DNA of 64,000 nucleotides from Chiloscyllium plagiosum (Eukaryota): contig NC_057758.1 of the NCBI RefSeq assembly GCF_004010195.1, forward strand, positions 3,189,881 to 3,253,880, given 5' to 3'. Each line of letters opens with the position of its first letter. Position 1 is the first letter of the stretch. The notes below the pieces were generated by a model, which saw only the letters and a program-made list of their open reading frames with translations, did not search any database and was not told the origin of the DNA. Made by a program: the position numbers and the translations under genes. This document shows positions 38,301 to 49,798 of the stretch, in pieces.

Positions 38301-40790
38301 ACCTTTTTTGACAGTAGTCTTTCAGGAGTACACATCTCTTCATACTTTAGTATCACAGACGGACAATATCCTATGTCCCTTTATGTTGCATCCTCTCTAC
38401 CCGCTATTCCTGGCCTATTTGAATAACCTTTACCTTTACAGGTATATTTTCGAAGCAGGTCCGCCATTTACTCCTTAATCAGCCTTCGATCAGCTTGTAC
38501 ACTCTGATACAGCTTTTCAGCTTCCATTGTGCTTTCTGTATCCTTTCCAACAAAGCTCCCAGACTTGTCTTGTTTTCTTACATCAGGTTGTTTTCTCGCC
38601 CATAGACAAGGTGATTTCATGTGGGCTACTTGATTGCAATGAAGACACCGGATCTTTTTACCGTCTTTACCCCTTCAAGAGTTTGTTCTTTACCCTGTGG
38701 TGAGTTATCCTTCGGGTCTTCAACGAAATCTACCTTTCCCCTTTGACGTGGGGATATTTCTTTGTCCCAATTTCGGTCCCTCGTGGATTGAAATTGATTC
38801 TGAAAGCCATACAGTGTTTTATGGAATAGCTGATGATCATCAGCCACTTCACTTGCTAACCTTGCCGTTTTAACTCTCTAAACTTCCACATAAGTTCGCA
38901 ATATGTCAGGCAGTGAATGTTTGAACACCTCCAAGATAACTGTCCCTGGGATAGCTCTATTTTGCTCTAAATTTGCTCTATTTTTAATGCTTGCTTCCAT
39001 CTGTCAAAATTACTTTGTTTGTTCCTTTCAAACTCAATATAGGTTTGGCCAGAGGTTCCTTCTTAGATTGCTGAAACGTTGTTTACAGGCTTCTGATACA
39101 AGGTCATATTCACTTGAGATAGATTTTTTCACCTCTTAATATTCCCCAGATGCCCTGTTAGTTATGCGAATACCTCACGAGCTTTAACTACAAGTTTGGT
39201 TTGGGTCAACAACACCCACATGGTCTCTCGCCACTGCATTTGTTTTGCTGCTTTTTCAAATGAGATGGAAAAGACGTCCACATCCTTCTCATCAAATCTA
39301 GGCAAATGCTTAAATAGTTTCTCGCCAGGGCTTTTGAATAAAAGGGGCTGGCTCATCCTTACTCTCTTCCTCACTAAGCCTATCTTCAGCCTTCATCTCC
39401 ATCCTTTTAAGCGGGCTTTCATTTCTAAGTGTCATTTTCAGAAGATTAAACTCTCTTTCTCTTTCTTTCTCTTCTGCTGAAGCCCCTCATTTATTTTCGT
39501 TCTCTTTCCATTTTAATCGCAGCTCAAAGTGTTTCATTTCTGCGTCAAACTCAAGTTTCTTTGTTTGCAATTGAAGTTTTCTATTTCTACATATTTTGAT
39601 GGGGTTTCCAGCAAATTTAAATGCTGAGCTGCGGCTGCAATCATCTCATCATTCCTTACGTTAGGAGGCAACTTCAACTTCAGCTTGTCTACTAATTGCT
39701 GCAGCTTGGTCTGTTTTGGCCTTTTGGGACGGCAGGGTGGCTCAGTGGCTAGCACAGCTGCCTCACAGCGCCAGCGACCCGAGTTCGATTCCAGCCTCAG
39801 GCGACTGTCTGTGTGGAGTTTGCACATTCTCCCCGTGTCTGCATGTATTTCCTCCGAGTGGTCCGGTTTCCTCCCACAATCCAAAGAAGTGCAGGTTAGG
39901 TGAGTATTGATGCTAAATTGCCTAAAGTGTGGGTTAATGCTCAAGGGTAAATGTAGGGAAATGCATCTGTGTGGGATACTCTTCGGAGTGTCGGTGTGGA
40001 CTTGTTGGGCTTGTTTCCATGCTTTAGTGATTCTAATCTAATTAAACCTCCAAGGTCACTTCAGCCACCTTCAGAATCTCCTTGTTGACGGAAAAAGCCA
40101 TTGTTGTCTGAGCGCTGTTTCAACAAACCAAATCAACACCCAAAAGAAACGACACTAACACTCACCACAAAGAGACCCCAATCTGTTATGGACAGGCCTG
40201 ACACAAAAATCATTTCTAAGCAGGTAGCCCATTCTGTTTGCTATTTGTTTTAGGTAAGTGTGTATTGTGGATATTTCCAATGTGAACTAACTGGTCCAAC
40301 TGCCAAGTTTTAAACAAACAGAATTCGCTCAGAAAATCACAGAATGAAACACAACAAACCAAAAATAGAACTACCCAAATAGCTTGTCATATCGGAACCC
40401 AAGAGGTTGGACTGACTTAAAGATGCTGTTCCAAACACAGTCGCGATGAACACATCCGATGAGCACATAGACTAAAAATGAATCCAATTATGGGTTATAG
40501 GCTTGAAGTTGAACAGAAAGAGTACCCGGCTGTATTTGCCCCAGCTGCCCTTCTTCACACTCACGGCCGCGGAACTGAACCAAAAACTCGAATCTAAACG
40601 AAGGCTATCTGCACAGCTCGTGAGCCACTTCCCTTGGACTTCACCGGTTTTAACGCATGAAAGCCTTAGAACGGAGGCATTATTTGTTAGAGGTAAACAA
40701 AAAGGGCCCAAATACAACTTTCAATCCCAGTCTCGGAGCCTGGCCAATTACCCCTGCTCTAGAAAATTAACCGAGGGCAGAGTAAGAAGA
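35370..40790 (-). mobile_element. Gmr1-type Gypsy LTR retrotransposon, decayed (5' LTR from 40184 up, gag, PR, IN, RT, partial RNase H)
   Basis: gag PRFDEKDVDVF..FEKAAKQMQW; IN IDCVGSL..QYLLTTMDVSTRFP; RT SDWSSPIV..PKPDG, SKLDLFRGYWQV; RH PFKVSVD..GIGAVLLQED; LTR end CATAACA followed by TTGGGG PBS-like site. Confidence 0.9.
39726..40042 (+). mobile_element. HE1/V-type SINE inserted near the gag start
   Basis: GGCAGGGTGGCTCAGTGGCTAGCAC..GAGTTCGATTCC..TTCTAATCTA. Confidence 0.9.
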
Positions 40791-40799
40791 CCAGCATTG

Positions 40800-41065
40800 T
40801 GGCAAGGGATACACAGAGAATAGGTGAGTAACGCTAGAAAGATAGGTAAGTGTGGGCAGACAGACCAGGAGTCCCAGGTTGCCATTCCGTTCTCCTACAG
40901 GTGCACCATTTTGGATACTGTCGTGTGGAGAGATTGGCCTCTCGATGAAAGTATTAGCACCATGAAAATGACATCACTGCTGACACTGGTACAGCAGGGA
41001 GTTTCGAAGCGCAAGCGAGCAAGTGATAGGGGACTCTGCAGTCGGGGCACAGGTAAGCGTCCGGA
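40800..41065 (+). mobile_element. CR1 ORF1 fragment
   Basis: QESQVAIPFSYRCTILDTV, VIGDS; homologous to 30656-30940. Confidence 0.7.
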
Positions 41066-41885
41066 ATAAACATAGTTAACCTCCTCCACACCCCCTCCAA
41101 TGTCAGTACATCTCTTCTCCATTACGGAGACAAAAACTGCGCAAAATACTCCAGGTGTGGCCTCGGCAGCACGGTAAACACTACAGAATAACCGGCCTGC
41201 TTTGAAACTCCATCCTTCCAGTAATGAATAAGAATATTTTATTTTCCTTCTGAATTCCCTGATGCACCTGCAAACCAATATGATGTGACATTTGCACAAA
41301 TATACCAAGGTCCCTCTGCACAGTAGAATGCTACTTTTTTTTTACAATTTTAAAAGTAGTCGATTTGTTGATAACCATACCAAAATGGATGATATCAAAT
41401 TTATCAACATTGTACTCCATCTGCTAGACTCTTGCTAACTCCCTTAAACTAGCTATATTCCTTTGCAATCTTTCACTGTCCACTGTACATTTTCCTCTCT
41501 TAGAGTCATCTGCGAACATTGACCCATAACAACTACCAACTCCAAACAATCTCTGTAATTGTAAACAATTGCAATCTCAACACTGATCCCTGAGACACAT
41601 CTCGGCACTGATTACGAACAAGTAAAGCAGCCATTTATCCTCACTCTTTACTTGGTGTTAGTTAATCAATCCTGTATCTGAACTAACATGTATTACCCAT
41701 AACATGTTTCACCTTTATCTTCAGCAGTAGGTCTTTATGCAGCACCTTGTTGAATGCCTTCTGGATATCTACATGCTCCATATTCACTGATGTCCAGTTG
41801 TCGCCCGCCCATGTCTCACAGTATTTCAAAACTAAACATGAGACCACGCTGCGTCTTTCAGATGGAACAATTTATATACAAATTA

Positions 41886-42192
41886 CAGATTATACTACAG
41901 TGTGGAAACAGGCCCTTCGGCCCAACAAGTCCACACTGACCAGCCGAAGCGCATACCACCCATACCCCTACATTTACCCCTCACCTAACACTAGGGTCAA
42001 TTTAGCATGGCCAATTCACCTTACCTGCACATCTTTGGACTGTGGGAGGAAACCGGAGCACCCGGAGGAAACCCACGCAGACACGGGGAGAACGTGCAAA
42101 CTACACACATTCAGTCGCCTGAGGTGGGAATTGAACCCGGGTTTCTGGCGCTGTGAGGCAGCAGTGGTAACCACTGTGCCACCGTGCCGCCC
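41886..42192 (-). mobile_element. HE1/V-type SINE
   Basis: Full-length match to 56946-57232 in reverse. Confidence 0.93.
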
Positions 42193-42474
42193 AAATGTCT
42201 CGTTATTTCTTACTTGATAGTCGATTCAAGTATTTTCCCCAAGCTAGAAGTTAAGTCACTGAGCTTATAATTAGCGGGCTTATTTCTGCATTATTTTTAA
42301 AATAGTGGGGTCACATTTGCAGTTTTCCAATCTGCTACAATTGCTCCAGAGTCCCGAAACTTTTGGTAAATTAACAGAAGCACTTTTGTTATTTATTCCC
42401 CGATTTCAAACTGGGCCATGTGGCGTGTGTGCATTTATTCCCATTATCTTTCCTAGCACTACCTCTTTATTGGA

Positions 42475-42985
42475 TTGAATCTAAATCGTTTAAATATCAT
42501 GTGCTCTCAGTGAAATGTGTCCAATGTTGCCACAGACAGCGACATCTTAGGTGCAGAGCATCTCGGTACAAATCTTAGGTACTAGAATATATTAGATACA
42601 AAAGAGAGAAATAAAGAGAAAAGCTAAGAGTTTTACATTACAGTTCTTCGCAACATAAAGTAGGAAGTTAAAGAATTAAAGTTAAAAGAGAAATATTACA
42701 GTCCTTCTGTAGCCTGCAATCTCTTCACGCTGTTGGTTTTCCAGGCTTGGCTTCGTTCTGCCTACACTGCCAGCCTTGAGATATGTCCAGGCTGATTGCT
42801 GCAGATCCCAGTCCAAGGGGGGAACCACTCAGAGTCCCCAAACCGCAGTTTGCTCCGCTCCGACTCTACAACCTCTGGCAGCCCTGCTCTGCTCAGGCCT
42901 ACCGACCACTGGCTATCGCACTGGACCCTTGCCGACGACAACGTACGGTCCCGCTCCCTGTCAGCCCATGAACTACTGGATAATT
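42475..42985 (-). mobile_element. Unclassified non-autonomous element (GC-rich 5' half, LINE-like 3' tail)
   Basis: Interrupts the old CR1; minus-strand end CACATTTCACTG..CACATGATATTTAAA. Confidence 0.45.
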
Positions 42986-43164
42986 CAATGATAATGTTCC
43001 ATTCTAGATCCTCATCCATTATAGAGTCCTTGTCATCAATGTCTTCCACTGTGAAAATTGGCATAGAATACCTTTTCAATGCTTTGACCATTTCCTTATA
43101 TCTGATTACAAAATTGTCGCTTTCATCCTCCCAACGTCCGAGGTTTACCTTTTCATTTTATATA

Positions 43165-43740
43165 CGTTGAAGAAAACGACGAGAGCCAAACATTAACCAT
43201 ATTCCACTTTATTACACAATGCATCATGGGAATATCCTCCGTCCTTTGATTGGCTCGGTAGGATTCCAAAGTAGAACAGAAATTTACAAGATTACATAGA
43301 AAAAGACAAGGCTGAAACACGGGCTTACCATTAATTACGAAGTGTCAGGATGGTCCGAGGAGGTACTGAATCAGGGATCAAGTTTCAGTGTCAGCACTAA
43401 AAGATGCTACACATGCTTGAAGTAAACAGGATGTAAACTTATCACCTAACATGCTGTTTACATAGATACGCCACAAATGCAGGACAGATGTCCTTAATTA
43501 GAGGAACAACACACGAGCAATATATCATGGAGAGAGAGAAGCTAATTGAAAAAAAGGATATGCCTTTGAGCAATAAGGCTACGCACAACAGCAATACATC
43601 AGTAGTGACAGAGCATCTAAGCTAGATGCGAGACAGCCTCCCCCAGATACATACCAAATACTACTGATCTGCTCGGTGAGGTGCAGGGTAATGATTCCTT
43701 AACCAGCATGGACGTCATAGCACAAAAAATGGCTCCCACA
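43165..43740 (-). mobile_element. Solo LTR, 576 bp
   Basis: Minus strand TGTGGGAGCC...AATAAA...TTCAACG; ATATA at 43160-43164 and 43741-43745. Confidence 0.75.
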
Positions 43741-44204
43741 ATATATTTCTAGAAACGTTTGCTATCTGTTTTTATATTCTGATCTGGTTTACTCTCATTT
43801 TCTATCTTATCTTTTTTTAATAACATTTTCCTTGCAACGACCTTTACAGATTTCAGAATTCTCTAGCTTCCCACAAATCTTGGTGAGGATGTTTGCATTA
43901 ACTTTCAATTTGATACCAACCTTTATTTCCTCAATTAGCTATGGGTAATTATCCCTTTATCTGCAGTTCTTACCTTTAAGTGGTGTATATATTTGTTCAA
44001 CGCTGTGAACATCACATTGAAAATACTCTACTGTACCTCAGTTGTTATACCATGTCGTTTTTGCTCCAACTTGACCTTAGCCATCTCGTCTCTTATCCCA
44101 GTATGATCTCATTTTTGCGATTAAAATGCATTGGTATTGGATTGTCCTTCTCACCCTCCAGCTGTGTCATTAATTCAATTGTACTATGTGCACGGATCAC
44201 AGAA

Positions 44205-44298
44205 ACAATGAATGGCATATGCCCAAAACATCGACAGTCCGGGTTCTCGGATGCTGCCTGAACTGCTGTGCTTTTTCCAGTGCAAAGTGTTTAGACTT
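44205..44298 (+). mobile_element. Decayed arm of the Penelope-derived mini-element
   Basis: GGCATATGCCCAAAACATCGA..CTCGGATGCTGCCTGAACTGCTGTGCTTTTTCCAG. Confidence 0.7.
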
Positions 44299-46029
44299 TG
44301 TACTACGATCGCATCATCCGAGAGGTCCATAACGTTGAGATTATTAATTATTATTGTATCATTACGCAGAATAAGATGTAGGGTACATTGTTTCCTTGAA
44401 GGTTCTATTGTGCATTGTTTAAGAACATTATTGAATGCATTTCAGTGAACTCCTCCGCAAAGCTTCCATGATGGACTTGGTTCGAGCAATCAATGCATCG
44501 ATTGAAATTCTCATGATAATTGCCGCAACATTTTTTGCATCTTTGATGTATTTCCTTGTTTAATGCCTGTCCGCCATTATGTTATTATTTAGTGTTCTAT
44601 GGACTCGCCTATCAGCGATATTCCTCACTTCATGGATATTATTTCCATCCACAGTGATTCAATCTTTTTCTTCGCAGAACCCATGCCGTGTCTGACTACC
44701 CTTCGATGTCATCCTTAAATATCAGACGTAAACGACCTCTATTTCCTTCCAGTCTGTCCTTCCGTATGACTTGATATCCCTTAATATTTAACTCCCAGCC
44801 CTGACCACTCTCCAACAACGTCTGTGCAAAGGCCACTGAACCATATCCATTCACGATCATTTGTGATGTTAACTGATTTACTGTGTTACGAATGTTGCAA
44901 GGTAAAATGGCCTTGTGCTGGTTTTTATACTATCTTTTTGAATCCTAACTACTTCATCAGTTGAGCCTTCACTTTTATGCATACCCTGTTGTTCTTTCAC
45001 TATTTCGCTTCCAGTCAGTTTCGTAATAGATACAACTGCTTTTTACATTTTTATTTCAAATCTTGATTCTCTTTGTTCCCTTTGAACACTCACCCACTCT
45101 AGCCAACTCAGAACCTACACTTAGGTTTCAATCCCTTTGCCAAACTAGTTTCAAGTCCTCCCAGCTGTACAGGTAAAACCACCAGCAAGGATATTGGATC
45201 AATCAATCTTTGGTTGAAGATCATCCCTATTGAACAGGTCGTATCTTCCTCAAAGATGAGACAAATCATTCAGAAATCTGAAGCCCTCCCTCGTGAATCA
45301 CTCCTCCAGGCAGGCATTCAGCTGCCTAAATTACCAATTCCTAACTTCCATAATGCGTGGCAAAAGTAGCGATGCGAATATTACTACGTTTGATATTCTG
45401 GCTTTCAATTTGGCTCCTAAAACCGTAACTCCATCCTTCAGGACCTCAACCCTCTTGTTATTTATGTCATTGGCACCGGGGACAATGGTATGGTTCTCTC
45501 CCCGCTCCGCAAATGCCCTGAAGTCAATCGGTAACTTGCAGAAGCTTTGCACCACTGAGGCATCACACAGTACTGGTTTTATTGATGTGGCCACAGAAGG
45601 ACCTCTCAGTTTATATAAGAATTAACTTTCCTATCACTGCAGCTCGAACCGCCTACTTCTGCCCACTCTGTGCAACTGAGCGTTCTGAAATGGTATCCAT
45701 TGTACTTGGGCTGCAATTTCCTCAGGCAGTATTACCATCACGAGAACTCAACACAGAGTACAGTTTAGTTACTTGTATGGCCTAAAGGGAAACCTGCTCC
45801 ACTTGCCTCACCACTTGTTTGCATGCGATAGTCACCCACTTCCCATAGTCTTGCATACTTTAACACCATGGAGTAACCACAAACATGTACGCCCTGTCCA
45901 CGTAATTCTCTTTCTAATGGATGCACCTCGGTGCCTCAACACCTCGTTCAAGCTTCATAGTCTGGCGCTAATTTCAAGCATCCAAGAACTTTGACATATT
46001 CCATGTGGAGCATACAGCGCCTCGGACTT

Positions 46030-46500
46030 TCCAGGATTAAATTCCATCTAAAATTACTAAGTCAAATTCAACAGTTGATCATGTCATACTGCAACCTAAG
46101 ACCACTTTTGTCATTCTCAATAACACCATAAATTTTGTGTTATCTGCAAACTTACTAATTACCCCTTCAGCATGCACATCAAAATCATTAATTGAAGTCA
46201 CAAATGGCAAGTGTTGCAAATGTACACCACTGATCGCAAGCTTCCAAGAACAAAACAGATACCCACCAATAGCCTTTCCCTCTTATTTGCAAGACAATTT
46301 GGATCCAGTTCTCCAACTTGCATTGGATCCCACGCGCTCTTACAGTTTGGGCCAGCATTCAACGTGTGACAATGATAACGTTCACATCAATGAAATTTCG
46401 TTACCTGTTTAATTAGTCCGAAAGAATCTCCACCACCAAATCCATGTTGACTACCCTTGTTTAACCACTGCATTTCCAAATTAGTTGATCAATTCTATTT
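46030..46500 (-). mobile_element. CR1 RT fragment
   Basis: GTGTTATCTGCAAACTTACTAAT = ISKFADNT on minus strand. Confidence 0.65.
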
Positions 46501-46815
46501 GGCAATTATCAGCCTGGAGCTGAGGATCCATAGCAAGAACAATTTATGGAGGCTTTGGTAGTGTTATCTTCCAAATCTTCCAGACGGGCTGAGATTTATA
46601 TGCACATCTTTGATCCTCATTTAATACATCCACTGCTCTCCATGTGGTCTCCTCTACATCAGAATGATATGGCACACTGTCATCGTTTTTTTTTTATTTG
46701 CAGAGAATCATCCGCTCCATTGGAAGCATGTGCTGTATCACTTTATCGCTGAAGCAGTAATGTGGTCCACTGAGACTGCAGATCATAATCAATATTTGGA
46801 ACACATTCTTTTTTG

Positions 46816-47111
46816 ATTAGATTACTTAGTGTGGAAACAGGCCCTTCGGCCCAACAAGTCCATACCGACCCGCCGAAGCGCAACCCACCCATACCCCGAA
46901 ATTTACCCCTTCACCTAACACTACGGGCAATTTAGCATGGCCAATTCACATCTTTGGACTGTGGGAGGAAACCGGAGCACGCGGAGGAAATCCACCCAGA
47001 CGCGGGGAGAATGTGCAAACTCCACACAGTCAGTCACCTGAGGCAGGAATTGAACCCGGGTCTCTGGTGCTGTGAGGCAGCAGTGCTAACCACTGTGCCA
47101 CCGTGTCGCCC
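46816..47111 (-). mobile_element. HE1/V-type SINE
   Basis: Full-length family match. Confidence 0.93.
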
Positions 47112-47390
47112 ACTAGTTGTTGGCTTTTTTTGCCAAATATTATTGGAATACGACGTATGTCAAAGTCAAGTTTTTATTGACATACATAAAATGAAAAAAT
47201 GAAACAATGAGACTTGCGGCCATTCACATGCTAAGCTTCAAATGAATGATACATTAGTGGAGCTATCTGTTTTGTTTTCTGAGACAAGATATTAAAATTG
47301 ATCGAATCCAGATGTATGCAGCCCCTACCAAGGATACGTAGTGTGTTGCTTTTCCAGCACAGACCAGGATAGATTGTTAATCATGTATAC

Positions 47391-47645
47391 TTTAAATTAA
47401 GGGGGGTTAGGTATAGGACAAATGTAAGGGGTAGGTTCTTTACTCAGCGAATCGTGAGTTCATGGAATGCCCTGCCAGTAGCAGTGGTGGACTCTCCCTC
47501 ATTATGGGCATTTAAGCGGGCATTGGATAGGCATATGGAGGATAGTGGGCTAGTGTAGGTTAGGTGGGCTTGGATCGGCGCAACATCGAGGGCCGAAGGG
47601 CCTGTACTGCGCTGTATTCTTCTATGTTCTATGTTCTATGTTCTA
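47391..47645 (+). mobile_element. Young 5'-truncated CR1 3' end inserted in the pseudogene exon 2
   Basis: (TTCTATG)n tail, CpGs retained, TATAC at 47386-47390 and 47646-47650. Confidence 0.9.
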
Positions 47646-48550
47646 TATACAGGTTCATTCATATAATATAGCGATACGTTTTCCACAAGACAGTGCTGAC
47701 ACAATTCCTTTCACCCATGCTGCCATCTAAGTGCAATATTTAATTTTCAGCTTCTGTTAACAAATGGCAACATAACGATCAAAGGTGAAAGCCACGGTTA
47801 ACAGGCAGAACTGTAAATGGCTGCAAAATTTACAGTTGCACGAAAACTGCAGATGGGTGTGATAGAGAGGAAACTGAATGGGAAATAAATTCCAGCGATC
47901 CGATTTAATATCAAGATCGTGACCAAAACCAGGAGATCGGTCACTGCCATAGATAATAAGTCATACATCCTGACAGGCCGCACCTTCTTTGCAATTGTAT
48001 GATAATTACTGCCAAGTTAGGTAAAACAGAAAGAAAGAGCAAAAACAGGGTTTTACTGTTTTCACTCCCTTTGTCTTACCGGACATTGTATGGATTTTAA
48101 TATTTAGAGATGTGATCTGATATGTCGACGGGAAATTCATATGGCTTCAATACAATCATTCGTGCAAAACATAAATAATTGCCAATAACATAACAACATA
48201 ATAAATCTTATGAGTGCGAACTGAGAACAGCATGAGTGAGAAAAGCTGCAATATATAGAATTCAACATGACAGCATTACATTGGCATAAAAACTGTCACA
48301 TGACCCATGAAATATAGAAGATGTACAAACATAAGAAAAAGGAACAAGGGTAAGTTACCCAGCCCTCTGCAACTGTTGCAATTACAAGTAAATTGGTACT
48401 CCACCTGATTTCAACTGTAACTTTACATTCCCACGTCTAACTACTTTCCTTAATACTCTGCTTCAACGGGCTGTTGAGACAGGAATTGCAAAGACTCGCA
48501 ATGCTGTACAAGAAATGAAAACCACTGCATATCTCTGAGGTTTGTACTCT

Positions 48551-48850
48551 GGCGGCACAGTGGCTCATTGTTTAGCACTGCTGCCTCCCAGCACCAGAAA
48601 TCTGCGTGCGATTCCCACCTTGGGCAACTGTCTGTGTGAAGATTGCACATTCTTCCCTGATTGCACAGGCTGCTACGGTTTCCTCCCACAAGCCACAGAT
48701 GTGCATGTTAGGTGAATTAGCCATGCTAACTTGTCTGTAGTGTTAGGTGCATCAGTTAAGGGAATGGGCCTGGGTGCGTTACTCTTTGAAGGGTTGGTGT
48801 GGACTTGTTGAGCCGAAGGGCCTGTTTCCATACAGCAGGGAATCTGATCA
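48551..48850 (+). mobile_element. HE1/V-type SINE in the pseudogene intron
   Basis: GGCGGCACAGTGGCTC head, GCCGAAGGGCCTGTTTCC tail. Confidence 0.88.
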
Positions 48851-49422
48851 CTCCGCTATTTTCGAGACATGATTCCTAATTATAGATTTTCCAATATGAA
48901 AAAATATATAATCATAGTTGAATTCTTTCAATAGGCAACCAGTTAAATCGACGCAGGATTCTACTTAGTTTAATCATGTCACGCTGACTCTAACAATGTC
49001 CAGCCTATCTATTGTTTCCTGATAGGTTAAGCCACTTTTTCCTCGTACTGGTACATTCTGAAATAACCTTGATTTGAGGGGATAACTTACAATACAAATT
49101 TCGCGAAATACTGACAGTAAACTGAAAATATCTATAGATTAAATTGGGTGCAATAATGTCTTGAATGGGTAATATATTACACTCGTTAAATTTAAAGGGG
49201 GGAATGGATGTTTGAAAGGGTGATAACTGCCACTGGAAAGAATGAGAACTGACATGTCTAGGCAACGATATGTGCACTACAACAACAAACATACTGGTCT
49301 ACCTGAAACTCTGTCAGTAGCAAAGTCTACATAAGAAATGGCAAACAGCAGACCTCTTTGTACCTCATGCATTTCGAACAGATGTTCTGCAGTGATTCAG
49401 AAATGCAGTGGAAAGTACTCAA

Positions 49423-49428
49423 TTTATA
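49423..49428 (-). promoter_or_regulatory. TATA box of the pseudogene
   Basis: TATAAA ~50 nt upstream of ATG 49372. Confidence 0.45.
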
Positions 49429-49486
49429 TGCGATGTCAGACTCCTGAGATTTAATTGGATGTTTGATCTTTAAAATAACTCACATT

Positions 49487-49798
49487 AGGGCAGCACGGTG
49501 ACTCAGTGCTTAGCATTGCTGCCTCACAGCACCAGGATTCCAGGTTAGATTCCAGCCTCGGGCGACTGTCTGTGTGGAGTTTGAACATTCTCCCCGCGTC
49601 TGCGTGGGTTTCCTCTGGGTGCTCTGGTATCCTTCTACAGTCCAAAGATGTGCAGGTCAGGTGAATTGGCCATGCTAAATTGCCCTAAGTGCATTAGTCA
49701 GAGGGAAATAGGTCTGGGTGGGTTATTCTTCGGAGGGGTCGGTGTGCACTGGTTGGGCAAAGGGCCTGTTTCCACACTGTAGGGAATCTAGTCTAGAT
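49487..49798 (+). mobile_element. HE1/V-type SINE
   Basis: Full-length family match. Confidence 0.92.

Larger units (their letters stand above)
41070..45980 (-). mobile_element. Old near-full-length CR1 fragmented by at least four younger insertions
   Basis: RT motifs 41300-41850, EN 44100-44900, esterase ORF1 (GANDI..LGAKLKAR) 45331-45594, in correct order. Confidence 0.7.
47263..49372 (-). pseudogene. GPR139-like pseudogene (exon 1 49372-49303; exon 2 48020-47263)
   Basis: Exon 1 MHEVQRGLLFAISYVDFATDRVS-G|gtagac (70 nt); exon 2 NLAVIII..RRCGLS, MAVTDLLVLV, FPFSFLSITPICS, LTVAFTFDRYVAIC*, KYCT*; acceptor AG missing, stops, frameshifts, LINE insertion, TM5-7 lost. Confidence 0.9.

Noticed and set aside
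41747..42217. 156-aa ORF and other CGRKPEHPEETH-type peptides
   Set aside because: Antisense translation of HE1 SINEs
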